A DNA stretch of 39,596 nucleotides, from NCBI GenBank assembly GCA_002269645.1, contig NIVC01002765.1, forward strand, positions 1 to 39,596, in the 5' to 3' direction. Both the position numbers and the translations under genes were made by a program. This DNA comes from Macrostomum lignano (Eukaryota). The stretch's first letter is position 1. Each line of letters opens with the position of its first letter. This document shows, one piece after another, positions 1 to 12,400 of this stretch. Under the pieces are notes generated by a model. The model had not been told where the DNA came from, ran no database searches, and was given only the letters and a program-made list of their open reading frames with translations.

Positions 1-307
1 CCAGATTTTAGCGCTGAGGATCTGGTAGCTGAAGGTAAAGGTGACCCCAAAACGTATCTGAAAGCATTGAAACGCACATTGAAATGGCATCCGATGTATG
101 ACTTTTACTTTTATCATTTTTAGCCGGAAATGACAGCGTGCAGTCTATTAATGGGTGAGTGACGAAATCTATACGTGTACATTTACATTATACCTCGTGT
201 AGTCATTCGTGAATGAATGCTCCTCTGTGATGGACCCGCAGCAGCGCTAGCGCGCACGAGCAGCACGTCGATGTCACCCGACAGAACGAGCTGAGATTTT
301 TCTCAGG
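1..307 (+). other. Possible exon/intron fragments of an unidentified eukaryotic gene (candidate exons 1-34, 124-154, 245-307)
   Basis: Donor-like GTAAAG (35), GTGAGT (155) and GTAAG (308); acceptor-like T-rich tract ending TTTTTAG (123) and GCAG (244). Joining gives phase-compatible, stop-free PDFSAEDLVAE-A-GNDSVQSIN-G-ASAHEQHVDVTRQNELRFFS. The exons are short, so chance compatibility is substantial, and no homology was recognised. Confidence 0.3.
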
Positions 308-438
308 GTAAGATTTTACAGATGCATTGGATAGAGCAGCAGCAGGACATTGGAAGCCAGTGTCGGATCTGGAGATTCTCGATAGAGGGTTGGAGGTGAC
401 AAAGTCTTGGGCCGGTCGAAGGACCTAACGCTCGTATT

Positions 439-496
439 GGTAGCTTCCTAGCTCCATCTGTGGGTAGCTCCATGATGACCTGTGGGTAGCTCCATC
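439..496. repeat. Degenerate/truncated left-edge monomers of the array
   Basis: Seen directly: GGTAGCTTCC-TAGCTCCATC-TGTGGGTAGCTCCAT-GATGACC. These are partial units with internal deletions preceding the first intact monomer. Confidence 0.85.
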
Positions 497-3400
497 GAAT
501 GACCTGTGGGTAGCTCCATCGAATGACCTGTGGGTAGCTCCATCGAATGACCTGTGGGTAGCTCCATCGGATGAACTGAGGGTAGCTCCATCGATGAACC
601 TGAGGGTAGCTCCATCGATGAACCTGAGGGTAGCTCCATCGATGAACCTGAGGGTAGCTCCATTGGATGAACCTGAGGGTAGCTCCATCGGATGAATCTG
701 AGGGTAGCTCCATCGGATGAACCTGAGGTAGCTCCATCGGATGAATCTGAGGGTAGCTCCATCGAATGACCTGTGGGTAGCTCCATCGAATGACCTGTGG
801 GTAGCTCCATCGAATGACCTGTGGGTAGCTCCATCGAATGACCTGTGGGTAGCTCCATCGAATGACCTGTGGGTAGCTCCATCGATGAACCTGAGGGTAG
901 CTCCATCGATGACCTGAGGGTAGCTCCATCGGATGAACCTGAGGGTAGCTCCATCGGATGAACCTGAGGGTAGCTCCATGGATGAACCTGAGGGTAGCTC
1001 CATCGGATGAATCTGAGGGTAGCTCCATCGGATGAACCTGAGGGTAGCTCCATCGATGAATCTGAGGGTAGCTCCATCGAATGACCTGTGGGTAGCTCCA
1101 TCGAATGACCTGTGGGTAGCTCCATCGAATGACCTGTGGGTAGCTCCATCGAATGACCTGTGGGTAGCTCCATCGAATGACCTGTGGGTAGCTCCATCGA
1201 ATGACCTGTGGGTAGCTCCATCGAATGACCTGTGGGTAGCTCCATCGAATGACCTGTGGGTAGCTCCATCGAATGACCTGTGGGTAGCTCCATCGGATGA
1301 ACCTGAGGGTAGCTCCATCGAATGAACCTGAGGGTAGCTCCATCGGATGAACCTGAGGGTAGCTCCATCGGATGAACCTGAGGGTAGCTCCATTGGATGA
1401 ACCTGGGTAGCTCCATCGGATGAATCTGAGGGTAGCTCCATCGATGAACCTGAGGGTAGCTCCATCGGATGAACCTGAGGGTAGCTCCATCGAATGACCT
1501 GTGGGTAGCTCCATCGAATGACCTGTGGGTAGCTCCATCGAATGACCTGTGGGTAGCTCCATCGAATGACCTGTGGGTAGCTCCATCGAATGACCTGTGG
1601 GTAGCTCCATCGGATGAACCTGAGGGTAGCTCCATCGGATGAACCTGAGGGTAGCTCCATCGGATGAACCTGAGGGTAGCTCCATCGGATGAACCTGAGG
1701 GTAGCTCCATCGGATGACCTGTGAGTAGCTCCATCGAATGACCTGTGGTAGCTCCATCGAATGACCTGTGGTAGCTCCATCGAATGACCTGTGGGTAGCT
1801 CCATCGAATGACCTGTGGGTAGCTCCATCGAATGACCTGTGGGTAGCTCCATCGAATGACCTGTGGGTAGCTCCATCGAATGACCTGTGGGTAGCTCCAT
1901 CGAATGAACCTGAGGGTAGCTCCATCGATGAACCTGAGGGTAGCTCCATCGGATGAACCTGAGGGTAGCTCCATCGGATGAACCTGAGGGTAGCTCCATC
2001 GATGAACCTGAGGGTAGCTCCATCGGATGAATCTGTGAGTAGCTCCATCGAATGACCTGTGGGTAGCTCCATCGATGAACCTGAGGGTAGCTCCATCGAT
2101 GAACCTGAGGGTAGCTCCATCGATGAACCTGAGGGTAGCTCCATCGATGAATCTGAGGGTAGCTCCATGATGACCTGTGGGTAGCTCCATCGATGACCTG
2201 TGGGTAGCTCCATCGAATGACCTGTGGGTAGCTCCATCGAATGACCTGTGGGTAGCTCCATCGAATGACCTGTGGGTAGCTCCATCGAATGACCTGTGGG
2301 TAGCTCCATCGAATGACCTGTGGGTAGCTCCATCGAATGACCTGTGGGTAGCTCCATCGAATGACCTGTGGGTAGCTCCATCGAATGACCTGTGGGTAGC
2401 TCCATCGAATGACCTGTGGGTAGCTCCATCGATGACCTGTGGGTAGCTCCATCGAATGAACCTGAGGGTAGCTCCATCGATGAACCTGAGGGTAGCTCCA
2501 TCGGATGAACCTGAGGGTAGCTCCATCGGATGAACCTGAGGGTAGCTCCATCGATGACCTGTGGGTAGCTCCATCGAATGACCTGTGGGTAGCTCCATCG
2601 AATGACCTGTGGGTAGCTCCATCGAATGACCTGTGGGTAGCTCCATCGAATGACCTGTGGGTAGCTCCATCGAATGACCTGTGGGTAGCTCCATCGAATG
2701 ACCTGTGGGTAGCTCCATCGAATGACCTGTGGGTAGCTCCATCGAATGACCTGTGGGTAGCTCCATCGAATGACCTGTGGGTAGCTCCATCGATGAACCT
2801 GAGGGTAGCTCCATCGATGAACCTGAGGGTAGCTCCATCGGATGAACCTGAGGGTAGCTCCATCGGATGAACCTGAGGGTAGCTCCATCGGATGAACCTG
2901 AGGGTAGCTCCATCGGATGAACCTGAGGGTAGCTCCATCGGATGAATCTGAGGGTAGCTCCATCGATGAACCTGAGGGTAGCTCCATCGAATGACCTGTG
3001 GGTAGCTCCATCGAATGACCTGTGGGTAGCTCCATCGAATGACCTGTGGGTAGCTCCATCGAATGACCTGTGGGTAGCTCCATCGAATGACCTGTGGGTA
3101 GCTCCATCGATGAACCTGAGGGTAGCTCCATCGATGAACCTGAGGGTAGCTCCATCGATGAACCTGAGGGTAGCTCCATCGGATGAACCTGAGGGTAGCT
3201 CCATCGGATGAACCTGAGGGTAGCTCCATCGATGAACCTGAGGGTAGCTCCATCGATGAACCTGAGGGTAGCTCCATCGATGACCTGTGGGTAGCTCCAT
3301 CGAATGACCTGTGGGTAGCTCCATCGAATGACCTGTGGGTAGCTCCATCGAATGACCTGTGGGTAGCTCCATCGAATGACCTGTGGGTAGCTCCATCGAA

Positions 3401-6400
3401 TGACCTGTGGGTAGCTCCATCGAATGACCTGTGGGTAGCTCCATCGAATGACCTGTGGGTAGCTCCATCGAATGACCTGTGGGTAGCTCCATCGATGAAC
3501 CTGTGGGTAGCTCCATCGAATGAACCTGAGGGTAGCTCCATCGATGAACCTGAGGGTAGCTCCATCGGATGAACCTGAGGGTAGCTCCATCGATGAACCT
3601 GAGGGTAGCTCCATCGGATGAACCTGAGGGTAGCTCCATCGATGAACCTGAGGGTAGCTCCATCGATGAACCTGAGGGTAGCTCCATCGAATGACCTGAG
3701 GGTAGCTCCATCGAATGACCTGTGGGTAGCTCCATCGAATGACCTGTGGGTAGCTCCATCGAATGACCTGTGGGTAGCTCCATCGAATGACCTGTGGGTA
3801 GCTCCATCGAATGACCTGTGGGTAGCTCCATCGATGAACCTGAGGGTAGCTCCATCGATGAACCTGAGGGTAGCTCCATCGATGAACCTGAGGGTAGCTC
3901 CATCGATGAACCTGAGGGTAGCTCCATCGATGACCTGTGGGTAGCTCCATCGAATGACCTGTGGGTAGCTCCATCGAATGACCTGTGGGTAGCTCCATCG
4001 AATGACCTGTGGGTAGCTCCATCGAATGACCTGTGGGTAGCTCCATCGAATGACCTGTGGGTAGCTCCATCGAATGACCTGTGGGTAGCTCCATCGAATG
4101 ACCTGTGGGTAGCTCCATCGAATGAACCTGAGGGTAGCTCCATCGATGAACCTGAGGGTAGCTCCATCGGATGAACCTGAGGGTAGCTCCATCGATGAAC
4201 CTGAGGGTAGCTCCATCGATGAACCTGAGGGTAGCTCCATCGATGAACCTGTGGGTAGCTCCATCGATGAACCTGAGGGTAGCTCCATCGATGAACCTGA
4301 GGGTAGCTCCATCGATGAACCTGAGGGTAGCTCCATCGATGAACCTGAGGGTAGCTCCATGAGGGTAGCTCCATCGATGAACCTGTGGGTAGCTCCATCG
4401 ATGACCTGTGGGTAGCTCCATCGAATGACCTGTGGGTAGCTCCATCGAATGACCTGTGGGTAGCTCCATCGAATGACCTGTGGGTAGCTCCATCGAATGA
4501 CCTGTGGGTAGCTCCATCGAATGACCTGTGGGTAGCTCCATCGAATGACCTGTGGGTAGCTCCATCGAATGACCTGTGGGTAGCTCCATCGAATGACCTG
4601 TGGGTAGCTCCATCGAATGACCTGTGGGTAGCTCCATCGAATGACCTGTGGGTAGCTCCATCGATGAACCTGAGGGTAGCTCCATCGATGAACCTGAGGG
4701 TAGCTCCATCGGATGAACCTGAGGGTAGCTCCATCGGATGAACCTGAGGGTAGCTCCATCGGATGACCTGTGGGTAGCTCCATCGAATGACCTGTGGGTA
4801 GCTCCATCGAATGACCTGTGGGTAGCTCCATCGAATGACCTGTGGGTAGCTCCATCGAATGACCTGTGGGTAGCTCCATCGAATGACCTGTGGGTAGCTC
4901 CATCGAATGACCTGTGGGTAGCTCCATCGAATGACCTGTGGGTAGCTCCATCGATGAACCTGAGGGTAGCTCCATCGGATGAACCTGAGGGTAGCTCCAT
5001 CGATGAACCTGAGGGTAGCTCCATCGGATGAACCTGAGGGTAGCTCCATCGGATGAACCTGAGGGTAGCTCCATCGGATGAACCTGAGGGTAGCTCCATC
5101 GGATGAACCTGAGGGTAGCTCCATCGAATGACCTGTGGGTAGCTCCATCGAATGACCTGTGGGTAGCTCCATCGAATGACCTGTGGGTAGCTCCATCGAA
5201 TGACCTGTGGGTAGCTCCATCGAATGACCTGTGGGTAGCTCCATCGAATGACCTGTGGGTAGCTCCATCGAATGACCTGTGGGTAGCTCCATCGAATGAC
5301 CTGTGGGTAGCTCCATCGATGAACCTGAGGGTAGCTCCATCGGATGAACCTGAGGGTAGCTCCATCGATGAACCTGAGGGTAGCTCCATCGGATGAACCT
5401 GAGGGTAGCTCCATCGATGAACCTGAGGGTAGCTCCATCGATGAACCTGAGGGTAGCTCCATCGATGAACCTGAGGGTAGCTCCATCGATGAACCTGAGG
5501 GTAGCTCCATCGAATGACCTGTGGGTAGCTCCATCGAATGACCTGTGGGTAGCTCCATCGAATGACCTGTGGGTAGCTCCATCGAATGACCTGTGGGTAG
5601 CTCCATCGAATGACCTGTGGGTAGCTCCATCGAATGACCTGTGGGTAGCTCCATCGAATGACCTGTGGGTAGCTCCATCGAATGACCTGTGGGTAGCTCC
5701 ATCGAATGACCTGTGGGTAGCTCCATCGAATGACCTGTGGGTAGCTCCATCGAATGACCTGTGGGTAGCTCCATCGAATGAACCTGGGTAGCTCCATCGA
5801 TGAACCTGAGGGTAGCTCCATCGATGAACCTGAGGGTAGCTCCATCGATGAACCTGAGGGTAGCTCCATCGATGAACCTGAGGGTAGCTCCATCGATGAA
5901 CCTGAGGGTAGCTCCATCGATGACCTGTGGGTAGCTCCATCGAATGACCTGAGGGTAGCTCCATCGATGACCTGAGGGTAGCTCCATCGATGAACCTGAG
6001 GGTAGCTCCATCGATGAACCTGAGGGTAGCTCCATCGATGAACCTGAGGGTAGCTCCATCGATGACCTGTGGGTAGCTCCATCGATGACCTGTGGGTAGC
6101 TCCATCGATGACCTGTGGGTAGCTCCATCGAATGACCTGTGGGTAGCTCCATCGAATGACCTGTGGGTAGCTCCATCGATGAACCTGAGGGTAGCTCCAT
6201 CGATGAACCTGAGGGTAGCTCCATCGGATGAACCTGAGGGTAGCTCCATCGATGAACCTGAGGGTAGCTCCATCGATGACCTGTGGGTAGCTCCATCGAA
6301 TGACCTGTGGGTAGCTCCATCGAATGACCTGTGGGTAGCTCCATCGAATGACCTGTGGGTAGCTCCATCGAATGACCTGTGGGTAGCTCCATCGAATGAC

Positions 6401-9400
6401 CTGTGGGTAGCTCCATCGAATGACCTGTGGGTAGCTCCATCGATGAACCTGAGGGTAGCTCCATCGATGAACCTGAGGGTAGCTCCATCGGATGAACCTG
6501 AGGGTAGCTCCATCGGATGAACCTGAGGGTAGCTCCATCGGATGAACCTGAGGGTAGCTCCATCGGATGAACCTGAGGGTAGCTCCATCGGATGAATCTG
6601 AGGGTAGCTCCATCGAATGACCTGTGGGTAGCTCCATCGAATGACCTGTGGGTAGCTCCATCGAATGACCTGTGGGTAGCTCCATCGAATGACCTGTGGG
6701 TAGCTCCATCGAATGACCTGTGGGTAGCTCCATCGAATGACCTGTGGGTAGCTCCATCGAATGACCTGTGGGTAGCTCCATCGAATGACCTGTGGGTAGC
6801 TCCATCGATGAACCTGAGGGTAGCTCCATCGGATGAACCTGAGGGTAGCTCCATCGGATGAACCTGAGGGTAGCTCCATCGGATGAACCTGAGGGTAGCT
6901 CCATCGGATGACCTGGGTAGCTCCATCGAATGACCTGTGGGTAGCTCCATCGAATGACCTGTGGGTAGCTCCATCGAATGACCTGTGGGTAGCTCCATCG
7001 AATGACCTGTGGGTAGCTCCATCGAATGACCTGTGGGTAGCTCCATCGAATGACCTGTGGGTAGCTCCATCGAATGACCTGTGGGTAGCTCCATCGATGA
7101 CCTGTGGGTAGCTCCATCGATGACCTGAGGGTAGCTCCATCGATGAACCTGAGGGTAGCTCCATCGGATGAACCTGAGGGTAGCTCCATCGGATGAACCT
7201 GAGGGTAGCTCCATCGGATGAACCTGAGGGTAGCTCCATCGGATGAACCTGAGGGTAGCTCCATCGAATGACCTGTGGGTAGCTCCATCGAATGACCTGT
7301 GGGTAGCTCCATCGAATGACCTGTGGGTAGCTCCATCGAATGACCTGTGGGTAGCTCCATCGAATGACCTGTGGGTAGCTCCATCGAATGACCTGTGGGT
7401 AGCTCCATCGAATGACCTGTGGGTAGCTCCATCGAATGACCTGTGGGTAGCTCCATCGAATGACCTGTGGGTAGCTCCATCGATGAACCTGAGGGTAGCT
7501 CCATCGATGAACCTGAGGGTAGCTCCATCGATGAACCTGAGGGTAGCTCCATCGGATGAACCTGAGGGTAGCTCCATCGATGAACCTGAGGGTAGCTCCA
7601 TCGATGAACCTGAGGGTAGCTCCATCGATGAACCTGAGGGTAGCTCCATCGATGAACCTGAGGGTAGCTCCATCGAATGACCTGTGGGTAGCTCCATCGA
7701 ATGACCTGTGGGTAGCTCCATCGAATGACCTGTGGGTAGCTCCATCGAATGACCTGTGGGTAGCTCCATCGAATGACCTGTGGGTAGCTCCATCGATGAA
7801 CCTGAGGGTAGCTCCATCGATGAACCTGAGGGTAGCTCCATCGATGAACCTGAGGGTAGCTCCATCGGATGAACCTGAGGGTAGCTCCATCGGATGAACC
7901 TGAGGGTAGCTCCATCGATGAACCTGAGGGTAGCTCCATCGATGAACCTGTGGGTAGCTCCATCGAATGACCTGTGGGTAGCTCCATCGAATGACCTGTG
8001 GGTAGCTCCATCGAATGACCTGTGGGTAGCTCCATCGAATGACCTGTGGGTAGCTCCATCGAATGACCTGTGGGTAGCTCCATCGAATGACCTGTGGGTA
8101 GCTCCATCGAATGACCTGTGGGTAGCTCCATCGAATGACCTGTGGGTAGCTCCATCGATGAACCTGAGGGTAGCTCCATCGGATGAACCTGAGGGTAGCT
8201 CCATCGATGAACCTGAGGGTAGCTCCATCGATGAACCTGAGGGTAGCTCCATCGATGAACCTGTGGGTAGCTCCATCGAATGACCTGTGGGTAGCTCCAT
8301 CGAATGACCTGTGGGTAGCTCCATCGAATGACCTGTGGGTAGCTCCATCGAATGACCTGTGGGTAGCTCCATCGAATGACCTGTGGGTAGCTCCATCGAA
8401 TGACCTGTGGGTAGCTCCATCGAATGACCTGTGGGTAGCTCCATCGATGACCTGTGGGTAGCTCCATCGATGACCTGTGGGTAGCTCCATCGATGAACCT
8501 GAGGGTAGCTCCATCGGATGAACCTGAGGGTAGCTCCATCGGATGAACCTGAGGGTAGCTCCATCGGATGAACCTGAGGGTAGCTCCATCGGATGACCTG
8601 AGGGTAGCTCCATCGAATGACCTGTGGGTAGCTCCATCGAATGACCTGTGGGTAGCTCCATCGAATGACCTGTGGGTAGCTCCATCGAATGACCTGTGGG
8701 TAGCTCCATCGAATGACCTGTGGGTAGCTCCATCGATGACCTGTGGGTAGCTCCATCGATGAACCTGAGGGTAGCTCCATCGATGAACCTGAGGGTAGCT
8801 CCATCGGATGAACCTGAGGGTAGCTCCATCGATGACCTGGGTAGCTCCATCGATGACCTGTGGGTAGCTCCATCGAATGACCTGTGGTAGCTCCATCGAA
8901 TGACCTGTGGGTAGCTCCATCGAATGACCTGTGGGTAGCTCCATCGAATGACCTGTGGGTAGCTCCATCGAATGACCTGTGGGTAGCTCCATCGAATGAC
9001 CTGTGGGTAGCTCCATCGAATGACCTGTGGGTAGCTCCATCGATGACCTGAGGGTAGCTCCATCGATGACCTGAGGGTAGCTCCATCGATGACCTGAGGG
9101 TAGCTCCATCGATGAACCTGAGGGTAGCTCCATCGATGACCTGTGGGTAGCTCCATCGAATGACCTGAGGGTAGCTCCATCGAATGACCTGAGGGTAGCT
9201 CCATCGATGACCTGAGGGTAGCTCCATCGGATGAACCTGAGGGTAGCTCCATCGGATGAACCTGAGGGTAGCTCCATCGATGACCTGTGGGTAGCTCCAT
9301 CGATGACCTGTGGGTAGCTCCATCGAATGACCTGTGGGTAGCTCCATCGAATGACCTGTGGGTAGCTCCATCGAATGACCTGTGGGTAGCTCCATCGAAT

Positions 9401-12400
9401 GACCTGTGGGTAGCTCCATCGAATGACCTGTGGGTAGCTCCATCGAATGACCTGTGGGTAGCTCCATCGAATGACCTGTGGGTAGCTCCATCGAATGACC
9501 TGTGGGTAGCTCCATCGAATGACCTGTGGGTAGCTCCATCGAATGACCTGTGGGTAGCTCCATCGAATGACCTGAGGGTAGCTCCATCGATGAACCTGAG
9601 GGTAGCTCCATCGATGAACCTGAGGGTAGCTCCATCGATGAACCTGAGGGTAGCTCCATCGATGAACCTGTGGGTAGCTCCATCGATGACCTGTGGGTAG
9701 CTCCATCGAATGACCTGTGGGTAGCTCCATCGAATGACCTGTGGGTAGCTCCATCGAATGACCTGTGGGTAGCTCCATCGAATGACCTGTGGGTAGCTCC
9801 ATCGAATGACCTGTGGGTAGCTCCATCGAATGACCTGTGGGTAGCTCCATCGAATGACCTGTGGGTAGCTCCATCGAATGACCTGTGGGTAGCTCCATCG
9901 ATGAACCTGAGGGTAGCTCCATCGATGAACCTGAGGGTAGCTCCATCGGATGAACCTGAGGGTAGCTCCATCGGATGAACCTGAGGGTAGCTCCATCGGA
10001 TGAACCTGAGGGTAGCTCCATCGGATGAACCTGAGGGTAGCTCCATCGATGAACCTGAGGGTAGCTCCATCGATGAACCTGTGGGTAGCTCCATCGAATG
10101 ACCTGTGGGTAGCTCCATCGAATGACCTGTGGGTAGCTCCATCGAATGACCTGTGGGTAGCTCCATCGAATGACCTGTGGGTAGCTCCATCGAATGACCT
10201 GTGGGTAGCTCCATCGATGACCTGAGGGTAGCTCCATCGATGAACCTGAGGGTAGCTCCATCGGATGAACCTGAGGGTAGCTCCATCGATGAACCTGAGG
10301 GTAGCTCCATCGGATGAACCTGAGGGTAGCTCCATCGGATGAACCTGAGGGTAGCTCCATCGGATGAACCTGAGGGTAGCTCCATCGATGAACCTGAGGG
10401 TAGCTCCATCGAATGACCTGTGGGTAGCTCCATCGAATGACCTGTGGGTAGCTCCATCGAATGACCTGTGGGTAGCTCCATCGAATGACCTGTGGGTAGC
10501 TCCATCGAATGACCTGTGGGTAGCTCCATCGAATGACCTGTGGGTAGCTCCATCGAATGACCTGTGGGTAGCTCCATCGAATGACCTGTGGGTAGCTCCA
10601 TCGAATGACCTGGGTAGCTCCATCGATGAACCTGAGGGTAGCTCCATCGATGAACCTGAGGGTAGCTCCATCGATGAACCTGAGGGTAGCTCCATCGGAT
10701 GAACCTGAGGGTAGCTCCATCGGATGAACCTGAGGGTAGCTCCATCGATGAACCTGAGGGTAGCTCCATCGATGAACCTGAGGGTAGCTCCATCGAATGA
10801 CCTGTGGGTAGCTCCATCGAATGACCTGTGGGTAGCTCCATCGAATGACCTGTGGGTAGCTCCATCGAATGACCTGTGGGTAGCTCCATCGAATGACCTG
10901 TGGGTAGCTCCATCGAATGACCTGTGGGTAGCTCCATCGATGAACCTGAGGGTAGCTCCATCGATGAACCTGAGGGTAGCTCCATCGGATGAACCTGAGG
11001 GTAGCTCCATCGGATGAACCTGAGGGTAGCTCCATCGATGACCTGTGGGTAGCTCCATCGAATGACCTGTGGGTAGCTCCATCGAATGACCTGTGGGTAG
11101 CTCCATCGAATGACCTGTGGGTAGCTCCATCGAATGACCTGTGGGTAGCTCCATCGAATGACCTGTGGGTAGCTCCATCGAATGACCTGTGGGTAGCTCC
11201 ATCGAATGACCTGTGGGTAGCTCCATCGAATGACCTGGGTAGCTCCATCGATGAACCTGAGGGTAGCTCCATCGATGACCTGAGGGTAGCTCCATCGATG
11301 AACCTGAGGGTAGCTCCATCGATGAACCTGAGGGTAGCTCCATCGATGAACCTGTGGTAGCTCCATCGAATGACCTGTGGGTAGCTCCATCGATGAACCT
11401 GAGGGTAGCTCCATCGATGAACCTGAGGGTAGCTCCATCGATGAACCTGAGGGTAGCTCCATCATGACCTGTGGGTAGCTCCATCGATGACCTGTGGGTA
11501 GCTCCATCGATGACCTGTGGGTAGCTCCATCGAATGACCTGTGGGTAGCTCCATCGAATGACCTGTGGGTAGCTCCATCGAATGACCTGTGGGTAGCTCC
11601 ATCGAATGACCTGTGGGTAGCTCCATCGAATGACCTGTGGGTAGCTCCATCGAATGACCTGTGGGTAGCTCCATCGAATGACCTGTGGGTAGCTCCATCG
11701 AATGACCTGTGGGTAGCTCCATCGAATGACCTGTGGGTAGCTCCATCGATGACCTGTGGGTAGCTCCATCGATGAACCTGAGGGTAGCTCCATCGATGAA
11801 CCTGAGGGTAGCTCCATCGATGAACCTGAGGGTAGCTCCATCGATGAACCTGAGGGTAGCTCCATCGAATGACCTGTGGGTAGCTCCATCGAATGACCTG
11901 TGGGTAGCTCCATCGAATGACCTGTGGGTAGCTCCATCGAATGACCTGTGGGTAGCTCCATCGAATGACCTGTGGGTAGCTCCATCGAATGACCTGTGGG
12001 TAGCTCCATCGAATGACCTGTGGGTAGCTCCATCGAATGACCTGTGGGTAGCTCCATCGATGAACCTGAGGGTAGCTCCATCGGATGAACCTGAGGGTAG
12101 CTCCATCGATGAACCTGAGGGTAGCTCCATCGGATGAACCTGAGGGTAGCTCCATCGGATGAACCTGAGGGTAGCTCCATCGGATGAACCTGAGGGTAGC
12201 TCCATCGATGAACCTGAGGGTAGCTCCATCGAATGACCTGTGGGTAGCTCCATCGAATGACCTGTGGGTAGCTCCATCGAATGACCTGTGGGTAGCTCCA
12301 TCGAATGACCTGTGGGTAGCTCCATCGAATGACCTGTGGGTAGCTCCATCGAATGACCTGTGGGTAGCTCCATCGAATGACCTGTGGGTAGCTCCATCGA

